Shown here piece by piece: positions 35,015 through 48,925 of a stretch of 64,000 nucleotides of DNA. The notes under the pieces were generated by a model that was given only the letters and a program-made list of their open reading frames with translations, was not told where the DNA came from and made no database searches. Source of the DNA: Hamiltosporidium tvaerminnensis FI-OER-3-3 (Eukaryota; Fungi; Microsporidia); NCBI GenBank assembly GCA_022605425.2, contig CM061255.1, positions 186,001 to 250,000 of the forward strand, given 5' to 3'. Both the position numbers and the translations under genes were made by a program. Numbering within the stretch: position 1 is the first letter of the stretch; each line of letters begins with the position of its first letter.

Positions 35015-36571
35015 ATGCATTTATTTTTATTTCTCTTTTTTCTGATTTCTTTGTGTTTTGGAAGTATGAGTGAAGATCCTAAAACAGATAACGAAGCATG
35101 TCATTCTAAAAGAGATACAAGTGATTCTGGTAAAAAGAATAAATCGGAATACAATATAAGTAAAGACTTTCACCTTATCGTTATGACAGATTATCAAGAT
35201 GCTATTGATACTATTTCATCAAAAGTCCCCGGATTAAAAGATATCTTACGATCTTATTTGGAAAAAATGGAAGATTTGATTCTGGAATGTATAAACAAAA
35301 CTCTGAATAAACAGATAGAAATTCTCAAAAAACCAGATAATCCGAATATTTTTAAATCAAAAATATACGAAACATTTTATTTAGATTTTATTGAAAATTT
35401 GATATTTGATCTCTCAAGTTTGACAGAAAAAAGTTTTTATTCAAAAGAGGATTTATATGATTTTAAGAAAACCGTTGGTGGAGTATTTAAACAGATAAAA
35501 CATAAAATCCATTGCGAAATGCCATATGATATTGCAAGAATTAAAGCTGCAAATAAAGCACATGTTTATAACGAAACCAAAAAAGAAGCACTGAAACTTG
35601 TCTCAAATATTGGTAAAAACAATGATACAAAAAAATTTTTAATTGAAAAATCATTTGAAATTTTTAAATCTAGTCTTTATTTGCTGAATAAAGAAATTTT
35701 GGGATCTTTATTTTTCAAATCGAAAATCAATGATGATTTTATAAATAAAGAAGTAGAAAATAACAAATTTCTCAAGAACATTCGTACGATGCATGAAAAA
35801 AATGGTTGGCCAATACCAAATTATTACACGATGTCTCCTTTACAAAAAAACAAAGAAGTTTTTGATCTTTTTTTTGAAATGCTTTTTAAATTTATGACAG
35901 AATATTATTTCAATAAAATGTTCCCAGATATTTTTACACATAAAAGATTATTTCTTTTCTGGGCCCATAATGGAAGCGAACCGGGGGTACCCTTATCTAT
36001 AAAAACCCGTGATAATAGTTTTCTGCCGGTTGTCTTTTATGAGCGGGAACGTGAATATTTAGATTTGGCTTTTAATGTTTCCTTTTGTAGAAATTTATAT
36101 TTATACTTTTACTTTAGAATTGAAGAGTGGTTATTTATATTTATCGAGCAACTTCTTTTTTGTGTTGGAAAAGAAAAATTTGTTGAAATTATGAAAATGG
36201 ATCTTCCAGCAGATATAGTAGAAAGAAGAAAACAGACGAATACTGTTTTTGAAAAAATATATAAGGATAGAAAAATATTTTGCGGAGAAATTAAAAGTTT
36301 CTTAATAAAATTTATGATCTTTTTTAGATACTATACGTATGTCTCTTTTTGTATCTATAAAGTGCAAGATATTGATCTGAGTGATATTTCTAATAAATTT
36401 TTCAAAAAGCATCTAAAAAATAAATTCAATTCTGAACATGAAGAAGTGCGTTTTATTAGTAAAATGAAGGAAATTGTTTTGATTTATTTTATGAATTTCT
36501 TTGAATTAAAAGTAGAAGAATGCTTTGGAGACGATTGTGTCAAGGAAAAAATGGTGTATTGGAATCATTAA
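35015..36571 (+). CDS. Lineage-specific secreted protein family member (ends WNH)
   Basis: 518-aa ORF with CCCC-ATG and signal peptide MHLFLFLFFLISLCFG. A paralogue lies at 43987..45557. Confidence 0.85.
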   Translation: MHLFLFLFFLISLCFGSMSEDPKTDNEACHSKRDTSDSGKKNKSEYNISKDFHLIVMTDYQDAIDTISSKVPGLKDILRSYLEKMEDLILECINKTLNKQIEILKKPDNPNIFKSKIYETFYLDFIENLIFDLSSLTEKSFYSKEDLYDFKKTVGGVFKQIKHKIHCEMPYDIARIKAANKAHVYNETKKEALKLVSNIGKNNDTKKFLIEKSFEIFKSSLYLLNKEILGSLFFKSKINDDFINKEVENNKFLKNIRTMHEKNGWPIPNYYTMSPLQKNKEVFDLFFEMLFKFMTEYYFNKMFPDIFTHKRLFLFWAHNGSEPGVPLSIKTRDNSFLPVVFYEREREYLDLAFNVSFCRNLYLYFYFRIEEWLFIFIEQLLFCVGKEKFVEIMKMDLPADIVERRKQTNTVFEKIYKDRKIFCGEIKSFLIKFMIFFRYYTYVSFCIYKVQDIDLSDISNKFFKKHLKNKFNSEHEEVRFISKMKEIVLIYFMNFFELKVEECFGDDCVKEKMVYWNH

Positions 36572-36613
36572 AGATTTTATTTTATTGAATATCCTTGTTT
36601 TAATATAAATAAC

Positions 36614-37330
36614 TTTATTTAAAAATAGCATATCTTTGTAAAGCAGTGGCAAGTGTTATATTTGTTTTCATGTCATTAACGCAGTTCTAGTTAACATAAA
36701 TAACTGCTATCCAACACTCCATTAGTACCACCTGTGATACTTACGTCCCAAAGATTTTCATCTACCTGGTATTTAGAACCTAATTAATAGGCGAGGCGGT
36801 TACCTGGAGTTCGTTAATGTCCGTTGCATGGAGTGTGATCGAAGGTCGAAGCGCACCCTGGGCTTCGCCAAGACTATGCAGCAAGACCACCCATCCACAC
36901 TTTATAACTCAATAAACTTATAGATAATATCTATTTCAGAGACTTACATGGAGTGCACCTAGACAGTGCAATGTCATAGTAAAAGGTATAACCTGCTACT
37001 TAGCTTTCCCGGCTTCAAAGGGTTTTGTTTTTTATATCTCCCGACGCTAAGTCTTCTAACCCGAGTGAGCAAGGCTAGATTCTCATGATTTTATATAGAA
37101 ATTACCTACATTTTCAGCCGTGGGCTGCAATCATGCTATATAAAAAACAACAAATAAATTTGTACGAAAAGTTTCTCCATTTCTTAGACTTCTCCTCCTC
37201 GTAAGAACTCCCATGGAACAACCGAAGATGTAGTGTGGTTTCTTCCCACCAAAAATCCAAACAAAGATCCTCACACCGGTTTCACACACTCATTCAAAGT
37301 AGAAAGTTTTTTATGTGGTTATCCTCCATC
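36614..37330 (-). ncRNA. Full-length copy D of the structured non-coding repeat family
   Basis: The reverse complement is colinear with 10722-11428. Identical blocks include aagccgggaaagctaagtagcaggtt and catgaaaacaaatataacacttgccact. Confidence 0.7.
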
Positions 37331-40300
37331 TACCATTATTATAAATAATATTTATATTATTTCTAAGTATACACAATACACTGTTTCATAGACTTCTTCT
37401 ACCAGGAATGTCATTTTGCAATCCTACAAGCATGGTGCGGAATCAATCATTTTAATATCAAAGACGTGTTGCGAAGCAATCTTCATACAGATCGGAGCCA
37501 CCTTACAATGAGAAGTTGGATTGTATTCTAAATCTCGATCCTTTCAAAAACTTAGCACGCTACGAATTAGAAGAAGAATATATCAGAAAGACAAATGATG
37601 TAAACTAGCAACCGCCTTTGTATTCCTGTTCGGTATTTATTTATCAAAAAGTACAGTATATAACAAACACCATTAGACAGTTATTTAATAAAGATAAACG
37701 TAATCTTGTAATATGAAAAAGGAAAGGTGGTTTGAAGTTTAAAGCTTTTAAAAAATGTAGTGAATACAAAGAGTTTGAAATAAATTGATTGAAACCTAGT
37801 AAATATACAGATTTAAGTAGCTTGAGTTTGTTACAAACCTGAACGCGTTATAAAGCGGCAAAATTTTGCTAAGACGAAGCAAAAGGGAAATGAACCTTCG
37901 ATTTAAATGAAATAACATCTAAAAGCGGAATCTCATATGATAATACTTAACAAAGCTCTTCGCGTAAAGTTCGTAGGCAGGAAATATCTGCGCTTTTAAA
38001 TAAAGATTCGCAAGATTTTTTTTGCTAAGTTTAATCTAAACAGAAGCGCAAAAATGCCATGTCTGAGCTTTAGTTAGGAATAATTTGTCTTTGGATGTTT
38101 ACACCAAAATAAACGACCAAATTATGCTATTAAGAAAAAATTCGGAGAAAAATCTATATTTTAGCTATTTCGATTTTAATTTAATTAGAATCAAAAAAGT
38201 TTAAATACAAATATGCACCGTAATCAAATGGAATAGTAAGCTTTTCGCGTACTATGGTGAAGAAGAATACTGAAATAGGCGCTTAAAATGAATTTTTGAT
38301 GCTGTTTATAGAGGTTTATGACAAGGGAAACGTCTTCTTCACTTTAAGTGTTTATATCTATATTGGTTGGCTTCCTATCTAAACTCTTAAGATGATGATA
38401 TTTGAAATTTAATTTATTAGAAATTTTGCAATTATTTTTTCGAATTTTGAAATTTATGGGAATATACGCATCAACATGATTGCATTTACTAAGAGTGAAT
38501 GAAATGAATCCAAAAGAAAATACATAAAGAAATTCTGCCTATAGGCTAATCACAATTTTGTAAAACCTCTATTTATACTCACAAATTATTTTACGATGGT
38601 TGCTCAACTTGAAATAAAATACTAGGTTGTTGGCTAAAAAAGCATCAAATGCCGTATAAGGCGGACTTCTGCGAAATTGCAAGTCTTGTCGGAAGTGACT
38701 CATAATATAGACTATGGAAACATTTTTTGGCAGCGTGATTGGTGTACCGAAGCGTATGATGCAATAAATCATAGAGATCAAACTCAGAAAATCAAAAAAT
38801 TTAAGCTTAGTAATATTCCTTGAGTGTTTAAGTTAATCAAATAAAAATGGGCAATAAATATAATAGGGGCTTTAAAAAATTATACGAGAGAATATTCAAG
38901 GCTAAGTTTAAAAATAGATAGGTTTTCCTCCATTATTTATTTGTATTATGTATAGATATGTTGGTCCAGAGACTTATATAAAAATCCGACAAAGGTTACA
39001 GAACAACGATTAAGGTTATACAGAAAAAGCACATTTTGTACAGCAACTATCTCAGGCTTCTTATAGTCTGGGCTAATGATCTAGCTTTTACGGTTATAAA
39101 GTACAATATTTCTTGTTAAAAACAAGTCTCGTAATTAACAAATGAAAATCTGCTATATATGCATACGTATTATCAATAAACTGCTATTTTTCTAGAAAGA
39201 GGATGTGTTACAAATATTTCAAACCACCCAGAGATAGCAAATAAAACTTTACACTTGGTTCATTGATAGAATTAAAAGAAGTGTTCATCCTGAGAGTTGA
39301 AAATTTTCCTCACACTGAATTAAATGCAAGAAATTTATTTGAGGATTACAATGAATATGTAAGCTGGCAGCTAACTATCATTCGGAGTGTTTCGATCTGA
39401 AAAGTGATTTATCGTGTCAAATAATATCATAAGTGGAGTGTTGTAAAAAACAAGATAAATTGCAAACAAAAATATAAATAGCATTTAGTTATAACCAGAT
39501 CTAAACGTGAAGGGAATTAAAAGGTATTAACATTAGAACAGAAATGTGTTTTGCAGCTATTTTATTGTTACGAAGAAAATATAGAAGTATTCAAAACAAG
39601 AATTGCAATTCATAAAGAAAAAATAATAATAAAACGCAATAGCTCTAATAAACGACGTAGCTCAAATAAAAATACATTCGAAATAGAAAATAAAAGAGAA
39701 ATTTTAAAAAAAAAAGTTAAAAAATTTTTCTGAAAATGTAAGAGAAGAAATTTATTGATAGATTTAAAATATTAAGAATTATGAGTATGTATGCGCAAAA
39801 TTTTTCTTGAAAAGGCTCAATAATGGAATTCTTGAGTTATCAAGGGAAGGCTTCTACTGTTATATTTAGAAAAGACATGTACTTGTGTATAGAAAGTACC
39901 CGACCGAATGAAACTCTAAAGAATGATAATTTGTTTTGTAACAGGGTATAATTTCCAAGACTCAACTACCAGAGAAGCTGCTTGGTATTCTATTATTAAC
40001 ATATACTTCTTTTTAATGATATTTTTTAAGTCTTTTGCGAATTACGAGTTAGTCAGTTTAAGGAACACTTGAAACATTGAATTATATAAATGTAGATATT
40101 AGATAAAAAAAGTCTTCAAAATTTAAAAGAATTGACCAGACATGCCGAATTTATTCATAAATGCTACTTGTAATCCAAAAATCTCCAAATTTTGCATGTA
40201 AAAATGTAGGCAAAATAAACTTTATTTTTCTAAGCAATACAGTATTTATTTTGAATAAGAAATTAAATTTAATAATATAAATTCAAGGCAGAAACACTTT

Positions 40301-42885
40301 AAAGTGTGGCCTAAATTGTTCGGCTTAAAAAACAAAGCAAATTAGCTCTTTATAAAAGTTCTATCTGTTAAACAGAGACTATGTTTATAACTCCATCTTT
40401 ATGATAAAACATGTAAAGGCATTTGTACGAAATATCATATATTTGTCTTTGTGAGCATAGAAAGCGAGTAAAAATTCTATCGATAGTACTAGACACACTA
40501 AAATGGTCATTTCGAACGACAAATATGCTGAATTGAAGAAACGATGCTTAAGAGACTCAAGAAAAAAATAACTAGATGTCATAAAAAAAGCTGAAAAATA
40601 CGACAAAATCATACCGCATACTATCTACCTATCAAATATAAATTCTAAGATAAGCAAAAAAACAACAAATCAATTACTCCTCAAACAATATAAAAGTTAT
40701 TGAAATTATAGCCTAAAATAAAAATATGAAAAAATATTTATATTCGACAAGCCAAAATAAAGAGACAAGGAAAATACAAATTACAACCAATATACTTATT
40801 TTCGAATAATTAACTCGATATTAACATCCTCTTAGGATTCGTATAAATTAATTTAATCTCTAAATTTTGATATTCAAAGCATCACCTAGTCTATTCTTTT
40901 TCTGTTATTCTCATAAATCACCCGAGTCACCCTATTATTTGCTGTTATTTTTATAGTTTCTTTCTTGTGAATCATTATGGCCTAAAAAAACTTGGATATG
41001 CTTAACGAAAAATTTATCAAAAATAATTAACTTTTTCCTTTCCATTTTTTTGTTTTTGCCTGCGTTAATGTTTGCCAGGTATTAAAAAAATGCTTAAACC
41101 CTATATATAATAAATCTGGCTAATTTTAAACATTGTAAAATTACTTTTAACTAAAACTCTTGTATAATATTTGAGTTTTTATTTTAAGTTTAAATTAAAT
41201 TTAATTTGCTTAAAATACCAAAAATTATAGTTATCAAAGCTAAAAAAAGTTAAAATAGGATTACGGATTCAATGATATCTTACTAAAGCAAGATATGAAG
41301 ATGAACTCATGGGGACATAAAATGAAACACAGTAGCTTAGTGGATTAGAATTTTCGCTTCAAATGACAAGGAATCTAACGAGAGGGAGTTTTTTACTTAA
41401 ACTATCCCCAGCAAAACAGTTTATTCAAACCAAAACTTTATTTTTAATCCATCAGAATAATAAAATAATGAGTTTTAAGTAACAGGAATATTATTGCATT
41501 ATATAAAGATAATCGCATGAGTATCTTAAAGGACGTGGCACATGCGGATTTAATATCTAAATAACATCCTAATTAAATATCCAAAATAGGAGTTTTCTAT
41601 AACGAATTAATAGCTCCTTAGAAAATTAACTGATTAAAATGAGCAATTTAACCGAGTTCACACTATATCCTCAACATACATAAGGCCCTTCTGGTGCCAT
41701 AGATAAACAGAGACTTCACAATTGGTAAAGAATTTATTGAAAATTCCGCTATAAAATTATGATTTTACTGTATTAATACGATCTAATAGATGCAAAGTTT
41801 AAAAATAGACTTTTTAAACATTCTTGATTTATTCTGGTTCAGGGTTATATATGGAAGACCATGTAATCCAAACTCTTAGAGATAAGTCAAATCCGTAAAT
41901 CAGGCTATAAGGAGATGACTAACAAGGTTTTTGCATAAAGAGTAACGGAAAAATAAATTTAGAAAGTTAAAGATGTTATTAATACAAATAACATAGTGCA
42001 AAAAAAAGGTGTTTTTTGCTTTTTTTGGAGAATCTGATTTCGGTAATGGCATTTTCTGAAGCGTAATAGCCGAAAAAAAACTGTCATAATGATTCTTTCG
42101 ATAAAGGTAGATTCCGGAATGCTCATTAACCATGAAAACGCAAAGATAATATACATTGAATATCAGAATGCGATTTATCGATATAATGATGTATCGGAAT
42201 GAATACTCTTATGTTTATAGAAATAATTGATTGCATCAGTGTGATGGATTAATTCCGTTGATCTTTTCGGTAAATTTAAAGGGTCAAAACACAAAATTCA
42301 AATGTTATAGCGAACTATTTCTTCTCTCAGCAATATTTTTATTATAAAAAATATTTTGATGTAAACACCAAGACAAAAAAAACATTTTGGTTTTTTTTGA
42401 AACATATCGGTCGATATACTGACATAATTTAGATATTAAAGATGATTTAGAAAAAAACTATGAAGTAGATATAATAAACTGGTTCAAAATTAGTACAAAA
42501 AATAATCAAATCAAATTTTAATTTTTTTAAATTATAGTTTTGCACACTTTTTTGCTAAAATGTTTGCGTGGTAATTTAATTTATTACCTGCTTATATATT
42601 TAATATCTTTTTTTAAGAAAAAAATTGATTTATATGACCATCAAAAATTTGGATTAACTTAATCTTAAAAAAATCACTTTTATAAATTAATATTGGTTTT
42701 AAAAGGAAATGGATCGAAAACATCAAAGCGCTGTAAAATAATCTGAAATAACGTGTAATTATAATAGGATTCTAAATAACGTGCGGTATAAATGCAATAT
42801 CACAGGATCTAATTGATCAGGGAGTGGATATATTTATTGTACTATGACCGTTTACATCAAGCAAATATTATAGAATATAGACCTC

Positions 42886-43844
<959 letters not shown>

Positions 43845-43986
43845 GGGGGAGATAATAAATACGACATTAAATATGATTTATATATTTAAAAAACGAAAAA
43901 ACCATTCAATTTATTTCTTAAAACTGTTTTATCCCCTTTTTATTTAAAAAATTTCAACATTATAATCAAATAAAAAATTATAACCC

Positions 43987-45557
43987 ATACATATATTCAT
44001 ACATTTCCTTCTTCTGACTTTTTTGTGTTTTGGAAGTACTAGTAAAAGTCCATTGAACCCAAAAACCGAAAGAAGAACATACGATTCTAGAAGCCTTGCA
44101 AGTGGTTCTCAGACAAAGAAAGTTTATGAATCAAATCCAGATAATATTCATCACCTTATTATTATGAATAGCTACCAAGATGTTATTGATAGTGTCTCTT
44201 TTAGAGTCCCTTATTTAAAAAAATTCATTCATTTTTATTTAAGAAAAATTGAACGTTTAATTCCAGAATATTTAAAAAAATCGTTGGATAAGCAAATAGA
44301 AACTCTTAAAAAACGCCGAATAAATTCGAATTTTACCAAATTTACAACTTATGAAGTTATTTTTTTGCAATTGATACAAAATTTTATTTCTGATCTATTA
44401 AGCAATTCTATGGAAGACGATGCATCAGAAAGAGGTTTTGATCAATATAATGAGAGGATTAGAAATGTACTAAAATCCGAGGTTGATGCTATGAATTTAG
44501 AAATAATATCTGATCTCGAAAAAGTGCAAAACAATAGAAATACTGAAGGTTATAAGAATACTAAAAAAGATGCTATAAAGTTTGTATCGGATCTTCAAGA
44601 CAATCATATTTTCAAAAAAATATTCATACAAAGAATTTTTAAGATTTTAGAAGAAGGTTTTAAGAGTTTTTGGATAGAAAACTTTGAATCTTTAAAGTTC
44701 GAATCAGAAAATAAATCTGATGTTTACAACATGGGTTTACAAAATAATACATTTTTTAATACTATCCTCAAAGATTTCAAGGAAAATAGTTGGCCATTGC
44801 CCTATTATTACACCAGGAAATCTTCACATGAGGATAAGCCCTATCTTTTACTTTTTTTGGAGCTCTTTTTACTTATATGCTGGAATCCCATTTCAATAAA
44901 ATGTTTCCAAAGATTTTTAAAAACGAAAGAATATTTCTTCATTTTATCCATAATGAAAGGCAACCAATTGTTCCATTGGATATTAAAATCAGAGAGAATA
45001 GTTTTATTGCCCCAATATATACAAAAGAAGACCTGGAATTCATCTGTAATACCTTTTTTCATCACAGCCTTAGAACATTATATTTGTCTTTTTACTTCAG
45101 AATCGAAAATTGGTTGTTTATATTTGGGGAACAACTTCTTTTGACGCTCGGAAAAGAAGATTTTTTTGCTGCTATGAGAAACAATATTTCCGATAGAAAA
45201 GTGATACGAAAAAGGCAAACGACTGCTTTTTTTAAAAATGTATTTGCGAAAAAAAGAATATTTTGTGAGGAAATTGGTACTTTCTTTTCAACACTTAAGT
45301 CTCAAATCATAGAATCACCGACATATGCATATTTTTATATTTATAAAGTTCAAGACATTGACATAAGTAATATACCTAAAGAAATCTTTAAGAAATATCG
45401 GATAGAAAATTTTGTTTCAAATTGTGCCGGAAAACATCCGTTTGCTAGTTCGGAAAAAAATCTATTCATTTATTTCATGGATTTCCTTGAAACTACAATA
45501 GAGGAACAGTTAACGGGTGAGCCTATCAAGGAAAAAAAAGTGGTTTGGAATCATTAA
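43987..45557 (+). pseudogene. Paralogue of 35015..36571 with an ATG>ATA start change and a -1 frameshift near 44866-44870
   Basis: CCC-ATA-CAT-ATA... gives IHIFIHFLLLTFLCFGS, in frame and aligned to MHLFLFLFFLISLCFGS. ORFs 44023..45144 and 44877..45557 join to give WPLPYYY...FNKMFP...FYFRIENWLFIFGEQLL...YKVQDID...WNH*. Confidence 0.8.
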
Positions 45558-46729
45558 AGAATTTCTCTTATTTGCTTATTTTTTAGCGTGTTAAAAATTT
45601 TTAAATTCTTTATTAAGGTTGAGGGAAATGTTGTGTAATTAAAAATCAAAAATATAACAAAAATCTAAAAGCTAGTGTGTATTTAAACTTCCGAACATTT
45701 TAGCCGATAATTTTAATCTTTGTAAAAGTCATTCTTTTTGATTTATTATTCAAAACAACCATATTTAAGCCGTTATATCAATTTCTGTTGGTTATTCTTT
45801 TTGACTCCACAATTACCTCTTTATACTTGTTTTCAAGGATTTTTTGAGCAGTGTGACTCTATTTGAGTTTTAAACCCAATATCAGGATAATTAAAGGCAT
45901 GCCCACTTGCCTCCTAGGACTTAAACAGATTATTCAATTTTTAGTGTCTTTCCATTTTTTTAAATCCAATAATGATTTTCTTTATCATATTTATAGTATT
46001 TCTACAATGTTCACACATCCCTTTTTCCAAATAAAAATTTATATCCTTATTTGAACAAAGCATAGCTTGATCTCATAGACTGCTGTTTCTTGAAATTATT
46101 TATAAGATTTTCTTATACTCAGCTTAAATTTTTATTTTTTTTATAACAGAACAATAGGAAATTGAGTAGTGACACTTATGTTTTTTAAAAAATTATTTAT
46201 TGACTTGTAGATAATAAAATACCCTATTCTTTCAGACTATTTCATCTATTTGTATCTATTTTCTGAATTAAATGATTAAAATGGTTTTTTCTAATCTTTC
46301 TTCCTTGTATTTTACTTTTTTTTTACATATATTATAGTAAGAATAGCATACTATTTAACATAACTTTTACTTCGTAATTTTTAGCATTTTAAGCATAAAG
46401 CGAAAAAAATATTGCAATAAAGATACTTTAAACCATTTTTTGTTGAAGCTTCTCAACTATCTTCTTAAAATTCGTAAATAAGCAAATTACAAATCCGAGT
46501 AAACTATTTAGAAAACATATGTGCTTAGATAATAAAATAAAGATTTGGAAGTGAATATAACTACAAATAAATCTAATTTATCTTTTTATTTCATATCCAC
46601 CTAGTTTTTGCCAATATTTTCAATTATAGAAAAATATAATAAACAATTTACAATGCTATTTTAAACCATTTCTCACTCAATTTTTACTTAATAAATGTCT
46701 GAGAAAAATTATTTAAAGCCACCTTATAT

Positions 46730-47232
46730 ATTTTCTTCTACGTCTTGTACCACCACTTTTTTTCTTCTGAATCCGGCTCTTTATTTATGTTTATTGTAGG
46801 TTTCCTCTTTTATAAAAAGAGGTAATTTTTTTGTTTTTAAATTTTTAGCACCTTACTCCACTCTACTTGCTTGTTTTAAAGGTGGTGTTGGTTCCTCGTA
46901 TATCTCGGGTTCCATAATAACGAATCGATAGTTTTTCCCAGCTCTCTTAAAATTTTGTTTGACTCAAGTTCTCTTCGTCGAACATAGAGAATCGTTTCGG
47001 CTGCCTCCTTAAGCCCATGATTTCAATGTAAGCCCCCAAATCAACAGGTATTTGCATATTCCGAGTATGAATAATGTTATTTTGTCACAATGCCGTTTCA
47101 GGTAATCACATAAAGAATTATCCCAACATTACACTTATAAATAAGACCCAAATCTTTAGATAACAACTCATGCACCTTAAGTGTTTTCTTTGTACCATTT
47201 GAAGTAAATCTCGAGAAGTAATTCCTATTAAT
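46730..47232 (-). mobile_element. Decayed 3' fragment of a non-LTR retrotransposon with a restriction-like endonuclease (RLE) C-terminus
   Basis: The minus strand across stops and frameshifts reads IGITSRDLLQ..LSKDLGLIYKCNVGIILYVIT*NGIVTK*H..QIPVDLGAYI..ETILYVRRRELES..EEPTPPLKQ..VVVQDVEE. This matches, from memory, the RLE-LINE C-terminus that is abundant in Hamiltosporidium annotations. Confidence 0.7.
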
Positions 47233-47367
47233 ATTTTTCCAAATTATTAATGAAATATATAATCTATGTTTTATTTAACAGAACCATATACATGCGACTA
47301 TTATTTGTTTTATTTTACCTTTTTTTAAGTAACAGGTATTATTTTACAAGGTTTTTTTTGTTTTTAT

Positions 47368-47594
47368 TCATCCTTGGAACTACAGCCCTGTACGAGCCTT
47401 GGCCTCCCTTAGTAATACCGCCTACCGGTCTTTTTCCAGTGAAAATGTTTACATTTCGGGTTTCGTAACAAGGTGGTTTTAAAGGGGAGTTGTTAGCCTT
47501 CGCCGAACCCCAACATGTAGGATCAGTCTTTTTAGTCGCCTCTTACTACAAGCAGAGAATACTCCAAGTCAATTCTGCTCCCGAAATGATAGGG
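47368..47594 (-). mobile_element. Short non-autonomous bipartite RTE-clade element (RTE 5'UTR fused to RTE 3' end)
   Basis: Minus strand: ...tgcttgtagtaagaggcgactaaaa...gttggggttcggcgaaggctaacaactcccc...ttgttacgaaacc (RTE 5'UTR-like), then ggaggccaaggctcgtacagggctgtagttccaaggatga (RTE 3' terminus-like). GC content is well above the flanks. Confidence 0.7.
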
Positions 47595-48103
47595 ATTTTT
47601 TTTGTTTTACAAAATATAAATCATTATTTTTTTTTAGGTTCATTTCAATTTCAGGGATTATAATGATTTTTGACATTTATTTTAAAATCAAAAAATTATT
47701 TAATCTATAAAACAACAACCAAACCTTTATCTATAAAGAATATTTTATGTATAATTCAAAGACTTTGATATTACAATAAACTAATATATTAAAAGATGTA
47801 TTTTAAAGCGTAATAAAAAGGTTAACTATAATTAAAAGTTTTAAATATAAATATTTTATTCTCACTCTAAATCATTTTAAATAATCTTCCAACACTTTTT
47901 AGTATCTCTCTAAATTACTTCTTAATCCCTCGAAGAAAACAATTCGTTACAAAATAATTTATCTTTCTTAAACATAAAATTACTTGTCACTTACTGTTTC
48001 ACTTAAAGAAAACTAATAAATATTTTTTCTCCTTAAAAATTACCAATAAAAGACTATCAATAGATAATTTTAGTAATAAATATTTTATCTGACCCCTTAA
48101 TAA

Positions 48104-48925
48104 ATGACAATTACACTAACAATAAAACATCAGTCTCGTAGCAAGGAACTATCTCTTGAAATAAATACATCTTTAAAAGATTTGAAAACAGAAATAGAAT
48201 CAATATTTTGTATACCAGTTTCTTTACAGTTGGTGTTTTATAAGGATAGGCTTTTAACTGATGAGAGTAAAAGTTTAAAGGAATTGGATATTATAAATGA
48301 GAGTGAAATTACTGTGCGGAAGAAGAATATAACTGTACAAAATGTACAGCCTAAACAGAAAGAAAGTTTTGAAAAGATTATTCTTAGCAATCCGATGGTA
48401 AAAAATATGTTAAAAAGGCCCGAAGCACTTAAATCTATGTTGGATATGTATCCTTCTTTAAAAAAAGAAATGGAAAAAAATTCAGAATTGAGAAATATTA
48501 TGAACAATCCTCAAACTTTTGAAGAATTTGAAAAAATGACAGATAATCCAGAATATATGTCACAGCAACTCAAAAATATAGATATAGCAATGTCAAGACT
48601 ATCTAATATACCAGGTGGATTAAATATGATGAATAGTATGCTTAAAGAAGTACGCGATCCAGTATCCATGGCTATGGGACCGCAGAATACTAAAGATTTT
48701 AGTACAGGAGAATCTATAGAGATGCAAGTAACCGATGCTATTTATAATCCTGAACAATCCAGTGAAAATAACCCAATATTTAAATATAGAAAGGAATTAG
48801 ATGAACTCAAACAAATAGGATTTAGCGATATGGCAAAGAATTTAGAAGCTTTACAACTTTATGATGGAGATATTGAATCTGTTATCACTTTTCTTGCAAC
48901 AGAACCAGAAAAAAATGCTTTATAA
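48104..48925 (+). CDS. DSK2: Ubiquilin/Dsk2 (UBL-STI1-UBA proteasome shuttle)
   Basis: N-terminal ubiquitin-like domain, M/N/P-rich STI1 repeats (IMNNPQ, LSNIPGGLNMM) and C-terminal UBA (LDELKQIGFSDMAKNLEALQLYDGDIESVITFL). CCCC lies upstream. Confidence 0.9.
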   Translation: MTITLTIKHQSRSKELSLEINTSLKDLKTEIESIFCIPVSLQLVFYKDRLLTDESKSLKELDIINESEITVRKKNITVQNVQPKQKESFEKIILSNPMVKNMLKRPEALKSMLDMYPSLKKEMEKNSELRNIMNNPQTFEEFEKMTDNPEYMSQQLKNIDIAMSRLSNIPGGLNMMNSMLKEVRDPVSMAMGPQNTKDFSTGESIEMQVTDAIYNPEQSSENNPIFKYRKELDELKQIGFSDMAKNLEALQLYDGDIESVITFLATEPEKNAL

